Shown here: piece after piece, positions 13,984 to 27,219 of the stretch
Layout of the letters: every line of letters begins with the position of its first letter
Position numbering within the stretch: position 1 is the stretch's first letter
NCBI RefSeq assembly: GCF_001194135.2
Contig: NC_068990.1
Coordinates: 82,813,055-82,877,054, forward strand
Direction: 5' to 3'
DNA length: 64,000 nucleotides
Source of the DNA: Octopus bimaculoides
Lineage: Eukaryota
The notes under the pieces: generated by a model
Seen by the model: the letters and a program-made list of their open reading frames with translations, nothing else
Database searches by the model: none
Told to the model about the DNA's origin: nothing
Position numbers and translations under genes: made by a program

Positions 13984-15115
13984 TACCACTACTATTATTA
14001 TTATTAATATTACTTCTCTCTCCTTCAGCACTCTTTATTTTATTGCATAAAAATCTAACCGTCTCAAGGAACTGATTAGGTAGTGTCACATAGTATTTAA
14101 GAGATAACAGGCGGCCAGTGATTGTTAGCACTCTCTCTTTCACTTTGCTAATTTTATATTTCGAAAAAGAAACTGAAGCGAGTTACTGATAAGTCATACG
14201 TTAACATACAAACGTACATATATACACAGAACAAGACAATACACACACACACACACATACATGCAGATATATACATATACACCTTCAAAAGCACGCTCGC
14301 GCACACACATATATAGCTATATACATATTCATAACACTCACACAACTATACGCACATTAACACACATGCTTGCGCACGCCTGCACTGGCAACCTAACTTT
14401 CCAACCAGTCTTGACGCTACGTCATCACTCAACCTGCTAGAAATAGCAGTAAAGCACCCACCTTTGCTCATAGTTCATTTTGATGAGGTTTGAACAGCAA
14501 GAAGAAAACTACAACAATACAGTAAAGCCTCAGGTACGTTAAATTCTATTCATTCCGTTGTAGCCTTTAGAACCGAAATCTTCCATCTAATTACATTTGA
14601 TCTTGCAGAGGTTCGGACTGGGTATCGGCCATATTGTTCCTCCGGGAAAAATATGTCGCTATCAGAAGTTAGGGTCACCGATCCCCTACAAAACACGCAC
14701 ACTATACGTGCAAATTCACACAAACAGAAATAACAACACTTAATCCTTTATATGCATGCACACATACACATATACACATATACACGAATCTAGTGGTCTG
14801 TATAGAATCATATGTCAATAGTTAACTCTTTCCACATCAAGAGTTTTTGTGTGGATTTGTCGTCACGTAATCGCATCCAAACGGTAAGAGGTGAAGATGG
14901 AAGCTTTATGCAATAAACAGGAAAAAAAAAAGAAGCTGGCAGGATAATTGCTTTAGTGCCAATATGTCTAATTTTGTTGACAGAAGGGCAAAACACAGAA
15001 ATATGTCTATAACAATTATATGGAAGCTTTCATTCGTCAAATATTGTGCATGAGATGAATATTGCAATATTTAAATCTCTTTCACCTTTCTCTCTCTATA
15101 TAGTATATGCATATG

Positions 15116-15190
<75 letters not shown>

Positions 15191-15259
15191 GCATACGTAC
15201 ATATTTACATACATGCATACATATATACATACATGCATACATACATATATATACATAGA

Positions 15260-15360
<101 letters not shown>

Positions 15361-15783
15361 ATATATAAGGATAGGTATATAAGTATATATATATATATAT
15401 ATATATGCATGTATATAAGCGTATGTGACTATATATTAATAGATATGAATATGTGGATGTCTCTGAATGCCTGTATACACACACACGCACATGCACACAC
15501 AAACATACTCACAATACACACACACACATGTATATGTGTATATATATATGTGTGTGTGTGTTTGTGTGTGAGTGTGTGTGCGTATACCTGTGCACACACA
15601 TTTATAATTGTGAGGGGGGTATTTTATGTATCCATCACATATAGGTACGTATGTTTATGCATACATAATTGCATTCGTCATTTTTTATTCATGCGTTATC
15701 TAAATCTCTTGTTACTCTATCAAATAAATATCATGTATAATAAAACGGCTTCCGATATCGAGCTAAAACTCCGAATACATTCA

Positions 15784-15973
15784 TTCATCCATAAATACAT
15801 ATATGTACACATTTATATATAGATAGATGTACATAAGTACATATATACATATATACATACATGGACGTATACACACACATATTCATGTACATACCGTCAC
15901 ACATCACCCTGTCTTTCTTCCTTTCATTCTCTCTCTCTCTCTTTCTCCCATACACACAAACACACTCAAACAC
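15784..15973 (+). repeat. About 190-bp direct repeat, copy 1 (copy 2 at 17168-17359)
   Basis: Near-identical ttcatccataaatacat...cacactcaaacac. Confidence 0.9.
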
Positions 15974-17167
15974 ACATAGTGTACGATGAANNNNNNNNNN
16001 NNNNNNNNNNNNNNNNNNNNNNNNNNNNNNNNNNNNNNNNNNNNNNNNNNNNNNNNNNNNNNNNNNNNNNNNNNNNNNNNNNNNNNNNNNNNNNNNNNNN
16101 NNNNNNNNNNNNNNNNNNNNNNNNNNNNNNNNNNNNNNNNNNNNNNNNNNNNNNNNNNNNNNNNNNNNNNNNNNNNNNNNNNNNNNNNNNNNNNNNNNNN
16201 NNNNNNNNNNNNNNNNNNNNNNNNNNNNNNNNNNNNNNNNNNNNNNNNNNNNNNNNNNNNNNNNNNNNNNNNNNNNNNNNNNNNNNNNNNNNNNNNNNNN
16301 NNNNNNNNNNNNNNNNNNTCTCTTTCTCCCATACACACAAACACACTCAAACACACATAGTGTACGATGAATAGAAGATGTTTATTTTCTTTCATTTTTA
16401 TTAATACAATCATAATTAATGAAGATGCATTCTGTATATGAATGACATATCTTCAAGAACGGAGCAAGTTACATGTCATTCTCATTAGAATATCCTTTTA
16501 AACTGTGAGCAGCGAATGATATATATTATAGCATACTGATCGATATTTGATAAGATATAGTATACGATATGGTGAAAGAAAGACCACAGTCCATCAGAGT
16601 ATGCCAAGAAAATTGTATACCATATATATATAGATGGAAACATATTTAAGATAAAGATAAGTGAATAGCAATCATGTATTCTATTCACATGCCACTAAAT
16701 TGTCATTTGGAAAATGTTTGTATGCATATGTGATTATTAGAATGTGTGGGCAAATAGATATTCGAGTAGGTTTTGCAACATTGCTGCATTTGCATATAAG
16801 CCAGTGGGAATTCATATTGTTGTACAGGCGATTTTTTTTTTAATGCATTCTCAGTTTCAAAGGTTTATGAAACCCCAGATATCACACATATCAATGTATT
16901 TAATAACACTGCTTGTTCTGCAGTTTTCTGTCTACGCATATCATTGTAAATTGCTATCAAATCTGCAAATTTTTAGACTCGTGAACGCATTCATAGAAAC
17001 ACCCATACACGCGGACAAGTACGCACTCATACACAAGTACAGACCTACATTCACACACATGCACACACACTTACTGGTGCACGCATACTCCGTACACACG
17101 TGGATCAGTATGCGGTCACTGATGAACACAGTCTCGTTTCCAGCTCAATCACGTACTTTCTCATTGT

Positions 17168-17359
17168 TTCATCCATAAATACATATATGTACACATTTAT
17201 ATATAGATAGATGTACATAAGTACATATATACATATATACATACATGGACGTATACACACACATATTCATGCATATACCGTCACACATCACCCTGCCTTT
17301 CTTCCTTTCATTCTCTCTCTCTCTCTCTTTCTCCCATACACACAAACACACTCAAACAC
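17168..17359 (+). repeat. About 190-bp direct repeat, copy 2
   Basis: Few differences from 15784-15973. Confidence 0.9.
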
Positions 17360-17403
17360 GCATTAATCATTTTAGCCATCTTTCTTTAACATAGTTTTCC
17401 ATT

Positions 17404-17823
17404 CTAGGCACAAGGCCCGACATTTTTGGAGAAATTGCCAGTCGATTAGATCAACCCCAGTACGCAACTGGTACTTAATTTATCGACCCCGAAAGGATGA
17501 AAGGTAAAGTCGACCTCGGCGGAATTTGAACTCAGAACGTAAAGACAGACGAAATACCGCTAAGCAGTTCGCCCGGCGTGCAAACGTCTCTTATTTCTTT
17601 ATGCCAACAAGGGGCTAAACATAGAGGGGACAAACAAGGACAGACAAAGGGGTTAAATGGATTACATCGACCCCAGTGCGTAACTGGTACTTAATTTATC
17701 GACCCCGAAAGGATGAAAAGCAAAGTCGACCTCGGCGGAATTTGAACTCAGAACGTAACGTCAGACGAAATACCGCTAAGCAATTCGCCCGGCGTGCAAA
17801 CGTTTCTGCCAGCTCGCGGCCTT
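17404..17823 (-). mobile_element. SINE A dimer: head-body-A2 tail, then body-A1 tail
   Basis: Two bodies joined at 17587/17588 (aaataagag|acgtttgcacg on the minus strand); imperfect ~14-bp TSD (ctttctttaacata / ccttcttttacata). Confidence 0.9.
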
Positions 17824-18859
17824 CCTTCTTTTACATACTGTCTGCAGACTGGAAATATTTAGCTGTCGAAATTTTTCCCTGCAGCAGTAGACTAGCTGTT
17901 TTGGGGTGAATCATCTCAACGGCCTCCATATCAATTGTCTGCGAATGCCATTGACGCATCCATACAATCATGATGAGCAAAGATAAAAAAGGACAGTGTC
18001 GCCTACTTAGATACTTACATTTTGACAATGGTAGTGTATTGAATCTGACGACACCTACATGATGTTTTTTCAGTATTAGGTTTTCTTTGACTACACTCAA
18101 ATGTTTGCCATAAAAAAAAAGAAAATGTGTATTTTATGCTGGAAAGCAAGATGGATGTGTATGCCTCTTTTTTCGCTTATCTCGAAGGCTCAGCTTCAAG
18201 TTCATTTTACCAATTGGTTTTCATTCTATCAATACCTTCCAACAGTGAGATTGTCAATTGAGTGGTGTGCACCAAAACCATCCACTTTCGTAGAGGCGAT
18301 CTTATTGATCCAAAATGTAGCTTTCAGTTGGCCTTTGAAATTCTTCTCGTGTTCTCTATCCAGGCCTTTGATCATGGAAAAAAATGTGTGAATAAGCTTT
18401 AATGATGTTGGCTCGAGAGAAAGTAGCTTTGACGAGCTGAAGTCACCATAGGCGGTAGACAAAGCAGTTTTAGAATCACCACAGCAGATACATGCGTTTC
18501 AAGTATATGCCCCCTGATTGTCTCATATTTGAATTATTGTGTTGATTCAATGTTGTTGATATTGCTACATCAGAAGCTTTGTGGATGCACTTTTTCCTTT
18601 ACCTTTTTCATTTCTTTTAGTTTATTTTTATTTTTGCAGCTGCGTGATTGCAACGATCTTCTAGTAATGTTACTGGAGGTTCAAAATGCATGTTTTGCAT
18701 CAACACAAGAGGATGAAATCTAGATTGCTCGGTAGATAAGGAGAATGGCAGAAAGACAGCAATGTTTATTTAGAAAAGCTCATTTTCTTAGTGTTACTAA
18801 TGAGGCATAGTGTTGCACAAACACGAACACAAGCAATGTATTAATATGACACTTGGGAA

Positions 18860-19195
18860 AGAAGAGAGTTGTTTTACATTTCGAGCATAGCTCTTCGTCG
18901 GAAACAGGGAAAACAGGAAAGTCCAAAGAGAAAGAAGTCAGAATGAGGAAAAATCGCCAATAGTCTACGTATGTAAAAGCAGCAGAAATATAACAAAAGC
19001 TGTTACTCAGAGTTTCACGTTCCCGTTCGCTTAATCATATGTGTCTAGATCATGGGAAACGGATCTCTTTCCTATGTAGTAGTGTTATTCTCCGCCTGAG
19101 AGTCATTCTTTCACCTATACAATCGCATCCCAAATCCTGAAGGAATAAGTTTTCGGATGCACAGGTAAAATCAGTCTAAACTACGAATAACCGTT
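18860..19195 (-). mobile_element. Penelope-like element 3' end (GIY-YIG remnant plus pseudo-LTR)
   Basis: Minus strand DFTCASENL...DCIGERMTLRRRITLLHRKEIRFP*SRHI*LSE, followed downstream by a hammerhead-like motif. Confidence 0.65.
18871..18906 (-). ncRNA. Degenerate minimal hammerhead ribozyme motif
   Basis: guuu-CCGACGA-A-GAGC(uau)GCUC-GAAA-u-GUA-aaac: stem I guuu/aaac, 4-bp stem II; U4C and C15.2U changes. Confidence 0.5.
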
Positions 19196-21168
19196 CTTAT
19201 ATATATATATATATCATATCATATCATGAAAATAGGTAATTGTTAAACATCAGTCGAATTTTTCAATAGGATGCTTGTATCTTAATGACCGTGCATATAT
19301 GCTTCTTGGGTGAACGCGCCAGCGTCAGAATTCGGTGGAAATACATAATACACCTAAAGATTCCTTTGAAATTTTAGAATTTATGTTGTGGTTAGTCGGC
19401 CCATTTCTACATTTCACTTTCGAATGTTTCCTTGTATTTGCCTCAGACCAGAGGCTTTGCCAGCTTTGTTGATTTTATTATTGTCCCATTGGTCATACGC
19501 TTCAACCTGTTACATCACGTTGAAATATTGTCTGCCTAGCGAGAGGTTGCTTGCATTAACATTGTCTTCTCCTGTCTATATGACTCCGTTTATTGAGAGC
19601 GTGGCTTCAAAGGTCATAACAATATTTGACATGATGGCTAATGACTTTTAAGAGTGTCTTGGCACTATGAAAGGTAACCATTGGTAGAGGGCAGAGTGAA
19701 CCATTAGCAGAGGTTCTCCGATTATAATGAAATCAAAGGGGATTCAGAATGTATTACAATTCGTATGAATTCTCTGTCTCTACAAGTATCATATATATTC
19801 TTCGGCAGAATGTTAGTTTATAAAACTTTGCATATTTATAAAATAATCCGCCAGAAGGCTTTCTAGTATTTTACTAAAAATTCTATGACATATTACCTGT
19901 ACATAATTCTTTAATATTCAAAAAATATATAAATTCATCTTCTAACTGAAATGGAGCATGAAATCGGTGTCAGGTCGAATTAATTACAATTGCAAACAAA
20001 ACTGCAATATTTAGATGACATTTCAAACTGGTTTTTCGCTTCAGAAAATATACACCTGTAGAAAAATCATATTGCGTACTTTGTATAGCGGTTACTCACG
20101 TTATCATTATACAAACGTCATATAAATTGATGTAATGCGGTTAATTAATATCTCATAATTAGTTGTTGACTAATTTCTATTTTGATCAGAAGTAGCAATG
20201 TGAAGAAGTCAAAGAATTGTGAATAATCTTTTCCACGCCTTCTATCAAAGAAAAATAATAAATAGAGAACTAAAATGTAATTAGATATACAACATTAAAA
20301 GATTTAAAATTTTAAAAAATTTGTGATTAATTTATATATATTCAACATGATTTTAAAATACATTTTTATGGCTTATGGTTTCAGATCATGTATACTAAAA
20401 TATGTGATGAAAAGCAACGAAAGTGCAGTTTAGAAATTTGCTGATCTAAAATGATGCATGAATGAGCTTTACAAATAACCAAAAAGAGAAAACTAAATAG
20501 GTGAACTCATCTTCGTTATCTGAGAAAAAGTGAAAGCCCAATGGAACAATAGTTAAATCAACAAAGCTGGCAAAATCCTCTGAAGAAAATAGATACATAT
20601 ATATGCAATTATAATGATAACAATTAAGAGTCATGGCAGAGATATTTTAATTAAATTTGAGTTGGTAGAAAGGCTAACTCATTTCATTATATTCAGTTAC
20701 ACAGTTCCAACTTCAGAAATCCACGTTGATTTCCTCTGTGATGTAATCGATAAGTTAGGTATCAATATTCAGTAATAAACCTGAATGAGTTTATTTTTAA
20801 TTCACCCTTCCTATGATACGGGGAATTCAATAGTCTATATAGAACTTCTCGAAAACCGATAGCATTGTGATAAGAGATGAATGAAATGAAATTAAGAATC
20901 TTTTGGCATCATAGATATAATCCAGTCCATAGACATTTCTAAAGGCTGTGTACTATGCCTTAAAGGGAATAATTACATTTATGACTTCTCAAACATTCTC
21001 TGTCATATAAGATGGGAATACCTCAAATGAAAGTATTATATTCATGTCCCTTTGATCGTGACCTCATGCAACTATAAAGGACAAAAATATCAATGGACTT
21101 CAAAATATCATATGACAGCGAATTTTATGTAATAGAGATAGTAAGAACAAAGAGGTTGTATTATTATA

Positions 21169-21236
<68 letters not shown>

Positions 21237-21491
21237 GACATATATGTCCTTACATATCTGTTATTATGTACGTGCCTGTATGTCTATAGATATACATTAC
21301 AATCACGTAGCCGCGCACATACACACACACACACATAGACATTTATATATATACATATATATAAGCAAGTGTGTGTGTGTACGTGTGTGTGTGTGTGCAT
21401 ATGCAGGCATGAATGTATGTATGTCTGCATTTATGTACGTGCTTACATGTGTCTATGTATGTACATATGCATCTATGCATACATATGCACG

Positions 21492-21534
<43 letters not shown>

Positions 21535-21799
21535 GAATATAAAATTCACATAGGCATACATACATGCACACACACATATATATATATGTGTGTGTGAGTG
21601 TATGTGTATGTGTATGTGTGTGTGTGTGTGTGTGCGTATGCATAAGTTAAAAAAAGCATTCAGCATGCTTTGAAAGATGAACGTAATTCGTTTTTGTAAG
21701 AAGCATATTAAGAAGCATGGTGTAAAACAAAAAAACGGAATATCCTCGGTAACGGATTAGCAGAATAATGAAGATCAGTCAGGGAAGAGAATAAGAAGA

Positions 21800-22009
21800 G
21801 ACATTCTAGCAAGATACTTTCACATTGGAAGGTAAAGCATATACGGAATATGATTTTCTCAGAATAGTGAAAATATTACAGTTACCAATCAGTGATATAC
21901 CCATTAGATATGAAAGCTGTTCGGCAATATATTATAGACGTGATGCCAGAATAGTTCATAGCAAAAATATATTGGTTACACTAGTACACACTAATACTAC
22001 TTCCATATA

Positions 22010-22055
<46 letters not shown>

Positions 22056-22640
22056 AAAATAAGAGGGATGACCAGCAAAAGTGGACTCCCACATGCTAGA
22101 AATAGATGCGGAATCATCTAACCACGAAAATATATATGTTCTCAGTAAAAATTCAGCGACACAACAGACTGTNNNNNNNNNNNNNNNNNNNNNNNNNNNN
22201 NNNNNNNNNNNNNNNNNNNNNNNNNNNNNNNNNNNNNNNNNNNNNNNNNNNNNNNNNNNNNNNNNNNNNNNNNNNNNNNNNNNNNNNNNNNNNNNNNNNN
22301 NNNNNNNNNNNNNNNNNNNNNNNNNNNNNATATATATATATATATATATATATATAAGTATATAATTATAAAAATATAATTATAAAAATATAATTATGAT
22401 TAAGGGCACTGGAGGACCAACGCCAATACGCTAGAAGTAGATGCCATATATCTACAAGTCACTCTAAATTTGTGCGCACTTTAATACACAAACTTCAATG
22501 CGTGGGGATGGACAAGAAGATTTGCAAAAATTTCATGAATGAATGCGCTGAAATTGATGGAAACGTGAAGTCAATTGTATCGCGTCCATCTGACCTTGTA
22601 TCACTAATGGCGGACGCTATTTTGAAAATACTATTCATTA
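21800..22640 (+). mobile_element. Decayed CR1-like RT fragment interrupted by (TA)n and a gap
   Basis: EVDAIYL and TLIHKLQCVGMDKKI resemble the VDVIYLDFxKAFD / LIHKLxxxGI motifs. The 5' part is only a weak match. Confidence 0.45.
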
Positions 22641-22665
22641 ATGTAGTTGAATAAAATCATTGAAA

Positions 22666-22701
<36 letters not shown>

Positions 22702-23210
22702 NNNNNNNNNNNNNNNNNNNNNNNNNNNNNNNNNNNNNNNNNNNNNNNNNNNNNNNNNNNNNNNNNNNNNNNNNNNNNNNNNNNNNNNNNNNNNNNNNNN
22801 NNNNNNNNNNNNNNNNNNNNNNNNNNNNNNNNNNNNNNNNNNNNNNNNNNNNNNNNNNNNNNNNNNNNNNNNNNNNNNNNNNNNNNNNNNNNNNNNNNNN
22901 NNNNNNNNNNNNNNNNNNNNNNNNNNNNNNNNNNNNNNNNNNNNNNNNNNNNNNNNNNNNNNNNNNNNNNNNNNNNNNNNNNNNNNNNNNNNNNNNNNNN
23001 NNNNNNNNNNNNNNNNNNNNNNNNNNNNNNNNNNNNNNNNNNNNNNNNNNNNNNNNNNNNNNNNNNNNNNNNNNNNNNNNNNNNNNNNNNNNNNNNNNNN
23101 NNNNNNNNNNNNNNNNNNNNNNNNNNNNNNNNNNNNNNNNNNNNNNNNNNNNNNNNNNNNNNNNNNNNNNNNNNNNNNNNNNNNNNNNNNNNNNNNNNNN
23201 NNNNNNNNNN

Positions 23211-23259
23211 GTGAGTGGATTTGGTAGATGGAATCTGAAAGAATCCCGTCGTATATACG

Positions 23260-23334
<75 letters not shown>

Positions 23335-23545
23335 ATATGTTTTTGTGTCTGTGTCTGTCTCCCCAATATCACTTAACAACCGATGCTGGTGTGTTTACGT
23401 CCTCGTAACATTAGCGGTTCAGTAAAAGAGTCCGATTGAATAAGTACTAGGCTTACAAGGAAAATGTCCTGGGTTCGATTTTCTCGACTAAAGGCAGTGC
23501 TCCAGCATGGTCGCAGTCAATTGACTGAAACAAGTAAAAGAGTAT
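23211..23545 (+). mobile_element. SINE family B 3' part with (TA)/(TG) tract
   Basis: gtgagtggatttggtagatgg ... ccagcatggtcgcagtcaa ... aaacaagtaaaagag. Confidence 0.85.
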
Positions 23546-23584
23546 TATTATTACCTTTGTTGTTGGTGTTGTTGTTGTTGTTGC

Positions 23585-23638
<54 letters not shown>

Positions 23639-24488
23639 CATCATCATCATCATCATCATTATTATTATTATCATACAACTTCCGTCATACAATGTAGGCA
23701 CAAAATATTGTTAATCAGCCAGTGAGTTGTCACTCGAAATAACACACATGTACAAATCCGTCTTTCTCTTTAACCAAACCCGTTTGTATTAGTGTCTATG
23801 AACACTCTGAGTCGACTATAAAATTTAGTATTCGGTCACTGATAAACTCCTAGCACAGATTTAAAACCAAATATACTGATCTATGTTTCTCTGTCCAGGA
23901 AAATATATTATATGAAAAACAACTTATTTAAATTTCTCTTTAAATATAGTTTGTGTTAAAAATCTATCGATATATTTTCTAATAGAGGGCCGTACAACAT
24001 GGAGAAAAAAAATATTATGAATGTGCTAGTTATTCGCAAGATATTTTGCCTGAAACCCTGCCAATTTTACTAACCCACTTGCCATTAGAAAACACGAATC
24101 TACTGATTCTGCTAGTCTAGCACCATTTTAATTATACAGATGAATTAATTATCACTGTTCGAATGTTATTGATAATAGACAGTCTTGGGCATTTTTTCCT
24201 AACGTTAGCTGTTGCAGATGTTGGCTTCCTAACTGACTTAAGCTCATTGAGCAACGAGATACAAAAGCTGAATGTTATCGCAGTATGCTGCTCGCCACCC
24301 ACTTAAATATAACACCTCTCTGTGAACACAAAAAAAATAGTATAATTATTAATTCTTTAACGGAGAATAGAAAAATAAATAAGAGGTTTATAAGTTTTGT
24401 TATCCTTATTAAAGCCACCATAACCATCATCGTCGCCATCATCATCATTATCATCATCCACATCGTTGTCGTTATTATTATTGTTATT

Positions 24489-24852
24489 ACCTCCACCTTG
24501 GCGAAGGTGAAGGTGGCGTTTCAGTCGGGTTTGTTTGTTTGTGTGTTTGTACTTGGACAAGATATCTCAAGAACCGCTGGATGGATTCGGATGAAACTTT
24601 CAGGGATCTTTGGCCTCGTGCCTGGAACAAACTCATTACATTTTGGGATCGATCTGCACAAGGACTCTAGATTATTTTTTTCGGTTTTTTTACTTAATTT
24701 TTGAGGGCAGTCGGGTTCATTTTTTAAATTCTCGTTTGTGAGAGCAGTCGAGTTTATAACAGATATTCTCATTTTAAGAATCATCTCCAGCTAATCGTTG
24801 AGAGGACGTTGGTGTTGCCTTGGCAGAGGTTTGCGCTCTGACTGCTCTTGTT
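24489..24852 (+). mobile_element. Helentron-type (DINE-1/HINE-like) non-autonomous element
   Basis: 5' hairpin acctccacctt-ggcg-aaggtgaaggt; (GTTT)n; core gatatctcaagaaccgctggatggattcggatgaaacttt; 3' ccttggcagaggtttgcgctctgactgctcttgtt; TT-rich flanks. Confidence 0.65.
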
Positions 24853-25269
24853 ATTATTGCTACCGTTATTTACGTTCTTGTAGCTTTTCTTTCTCTCAAT
24901 TCACTCACGAATACCTCAAGAAACAGCTAGTTGGTCGATTTACAATGGCTGTTATTTGTGAGTAACAATGATATATCGTAGGGAAAGTGAGGACAGAATC
25001 TGAGTAATAAAGTTTTAGGAGGACCAATCATTTACAAGTCGTGTTCTCATTATTTTCATCATCATCATCATCATCATCATCACTATTATTACTTATTGTG
25101 TTCATCATCACTGAGGTTGTTAATATTATTACAGATTGATGCTCATGTTTGAGAATAATAACAAACATTTCGTTGCATTGTGTGTTGTAAGAGGAGCTTT
25201 GCATTGCATTTTACTAAAAGGCTTAAAGTAATTAGATTTGCGAATTAGCCTAGCATACACAATGAGGAT

Positions 25270-25310
<41 letters not shown>

Positions 25311-25737
25311 CACACACACACACATACGCACACACACGCACACACGCACACATACACACACATACGTGGGTAAATGTTGGTGGGTGTATATTTCTATTCA
25401 AATGTAAACGTATGATATAGAATATATTCTATGAATTTTAAGTCTTCCAATCTGCGAAATGAATTTGAGGTCGTATTTGAAATATACTGAGAGAAGTTAT
25501 GAATATGTATTTGCATACACACACATACACACACACATACATACACACACACACACATACACACACAGACACACACATATATATATATAGAGAGAGATGC
25601 ATACATAAATTTATACAAACATACATACATAGATATAAATACATATGTATGTGTATACACAGATATATTTACATACATGTAAATAACTTGTGTGTGTTTG
25701 TGTATATGTGTGTGAGTGTGTGTGTGTGTGTGTTTTA

Positions 25738-25795
<58 letters not shown>

Positions 25796-26505
25796 CTTCA
25801 GTTTATGCAAATGAGACAGTATTTAGTTAAAACAGCCTACGTAAGTAATTCACACTGCTCGACTAGTTAGTTACTGCAGTATTTGCCTTGACATAATACA
25901 CAGAAACAGAGACAGAGAGGGAAGAGAGAAAGACAAAGAGAGGATGGGAGAGAGAGAAAGACAAAGAGAGGATGGGAGAGAGAGAGAGATGAAGACATAG
26001 AGAAAAAGAGAAGGAGAGACGCAAGAACAGCGAGAGAAAGAGGGGACATTTCACTCCAGCAGTGGTCTGAGCGAGATCGTTAGATGTATTGCGACCTTTC
26101 GCAGCTTATTGTGTATATAGGGTATATAGTGGACATACAATGTAGTTAGTGGCCTGTCGACATTATGTATATATTACCTATGCTGAATACATGGCTACCT
26201 TAATTAAATCGTTCCTCGGTTGCTTATACCGGGCATTCAATTAACCGGGAAGCGACTCACAACATCAGTGAACGTTTAAATCTGATTTTAGTATTTTAGA
26301 GACAACGTTTATCAACTCCAAAATGTCTAAATGTCTCTCGTGCCCCCACAGGCCGCTGCTGGGACGAGCTTTCCACCCCACTTTCTCTCTCTTTCTCTCT
26401 CTTTATCTCTCTTTATATCTATAGCGATTTTATCGTAGTAAGTCTATAAGACATGTTATCTCGGGATAAATTCTGCAGTAATTGGGCGATCGACACGAAA
26501 ATGAG

Positions 26506-26603
26506 CATACACGCATGGACACACACACACGCAGGTACCATATACGCATGGACACACACACGCAGGTACCATATACGCATGGACACATACATGCAGGTAC
26601 CAT
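26506..26603. repeat. About 31-bp minisatellite, 3 units
   Basis: cata(t/c)acgcatggacacacacacgcaggtac x3. Confidence 0.9.
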
Positions 26604-26689
26604 ATTTAACATACTCTCTTCTCAGATACCCACACTCACTGCAGCGGTCCTTCAGTTTTTCTATCTCCTGTAAAAGAACTCCGAGGGTT

Positions 26690-26790
26690 GGGTCCCCAAC
26701 CAAGCCTTTTGCGATACCCTTAAATCAATTAAATCCCAGAACCATGTGGTTGATAAGCAAGCTACCTACCACACAGCCCCTCCTGCGCCT
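26690..26790 (-). mobile_element. SINE family B head fragment
   Basis: Reverse complement ggctgtgtggtaggtagcttgcttatcaaccacatggttctggg. Confidence 0.7.
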
Positions 26791-27219
26791 TGTAGGTTTG
26801 CTACCGTTCCATAAACCCATAAACAAAGCTGCGCGTCTTCTCTCTTCTCTGTCACCTTGTCTTTATAAAAAGGTTTTCAAAATGCTAAATCCGGAAATCA
26901 TTTCATGTCAAGCCTCTATATTTAATTTATTCACACAATACATAATGCTGACTTTCGATGTCTGCATTGCACTCTAATCCACCTACATTTTTTATTGTAT
27001 TCACTGCATCGCTCTTTATATTTACTGACTACCTATGTCTATCTAGTCTTGATTTTGCATATTTTATGTGATTTATTATATTTCTATCATATTCTTCACA
27101 ATAATGATACGCTATTGCGTTAGAATAACTCTGCAGATATGGAAAGACCAACACAATCCCGTATATGTAAATCACAGAAACATTCAATACACACATACGC
27201 ACACGCAAATACACACACG

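Noticed and set aside
17840-18460. Minus-strand exon pair (gtaagt and gtatgt donors) and the 77-aa ORF
   Set aside because: The phases are incompatible, one donor lies in the SINE TSD, and DASMAF resembles the RT motif DASKAF, so a decayed LINE is more likely.
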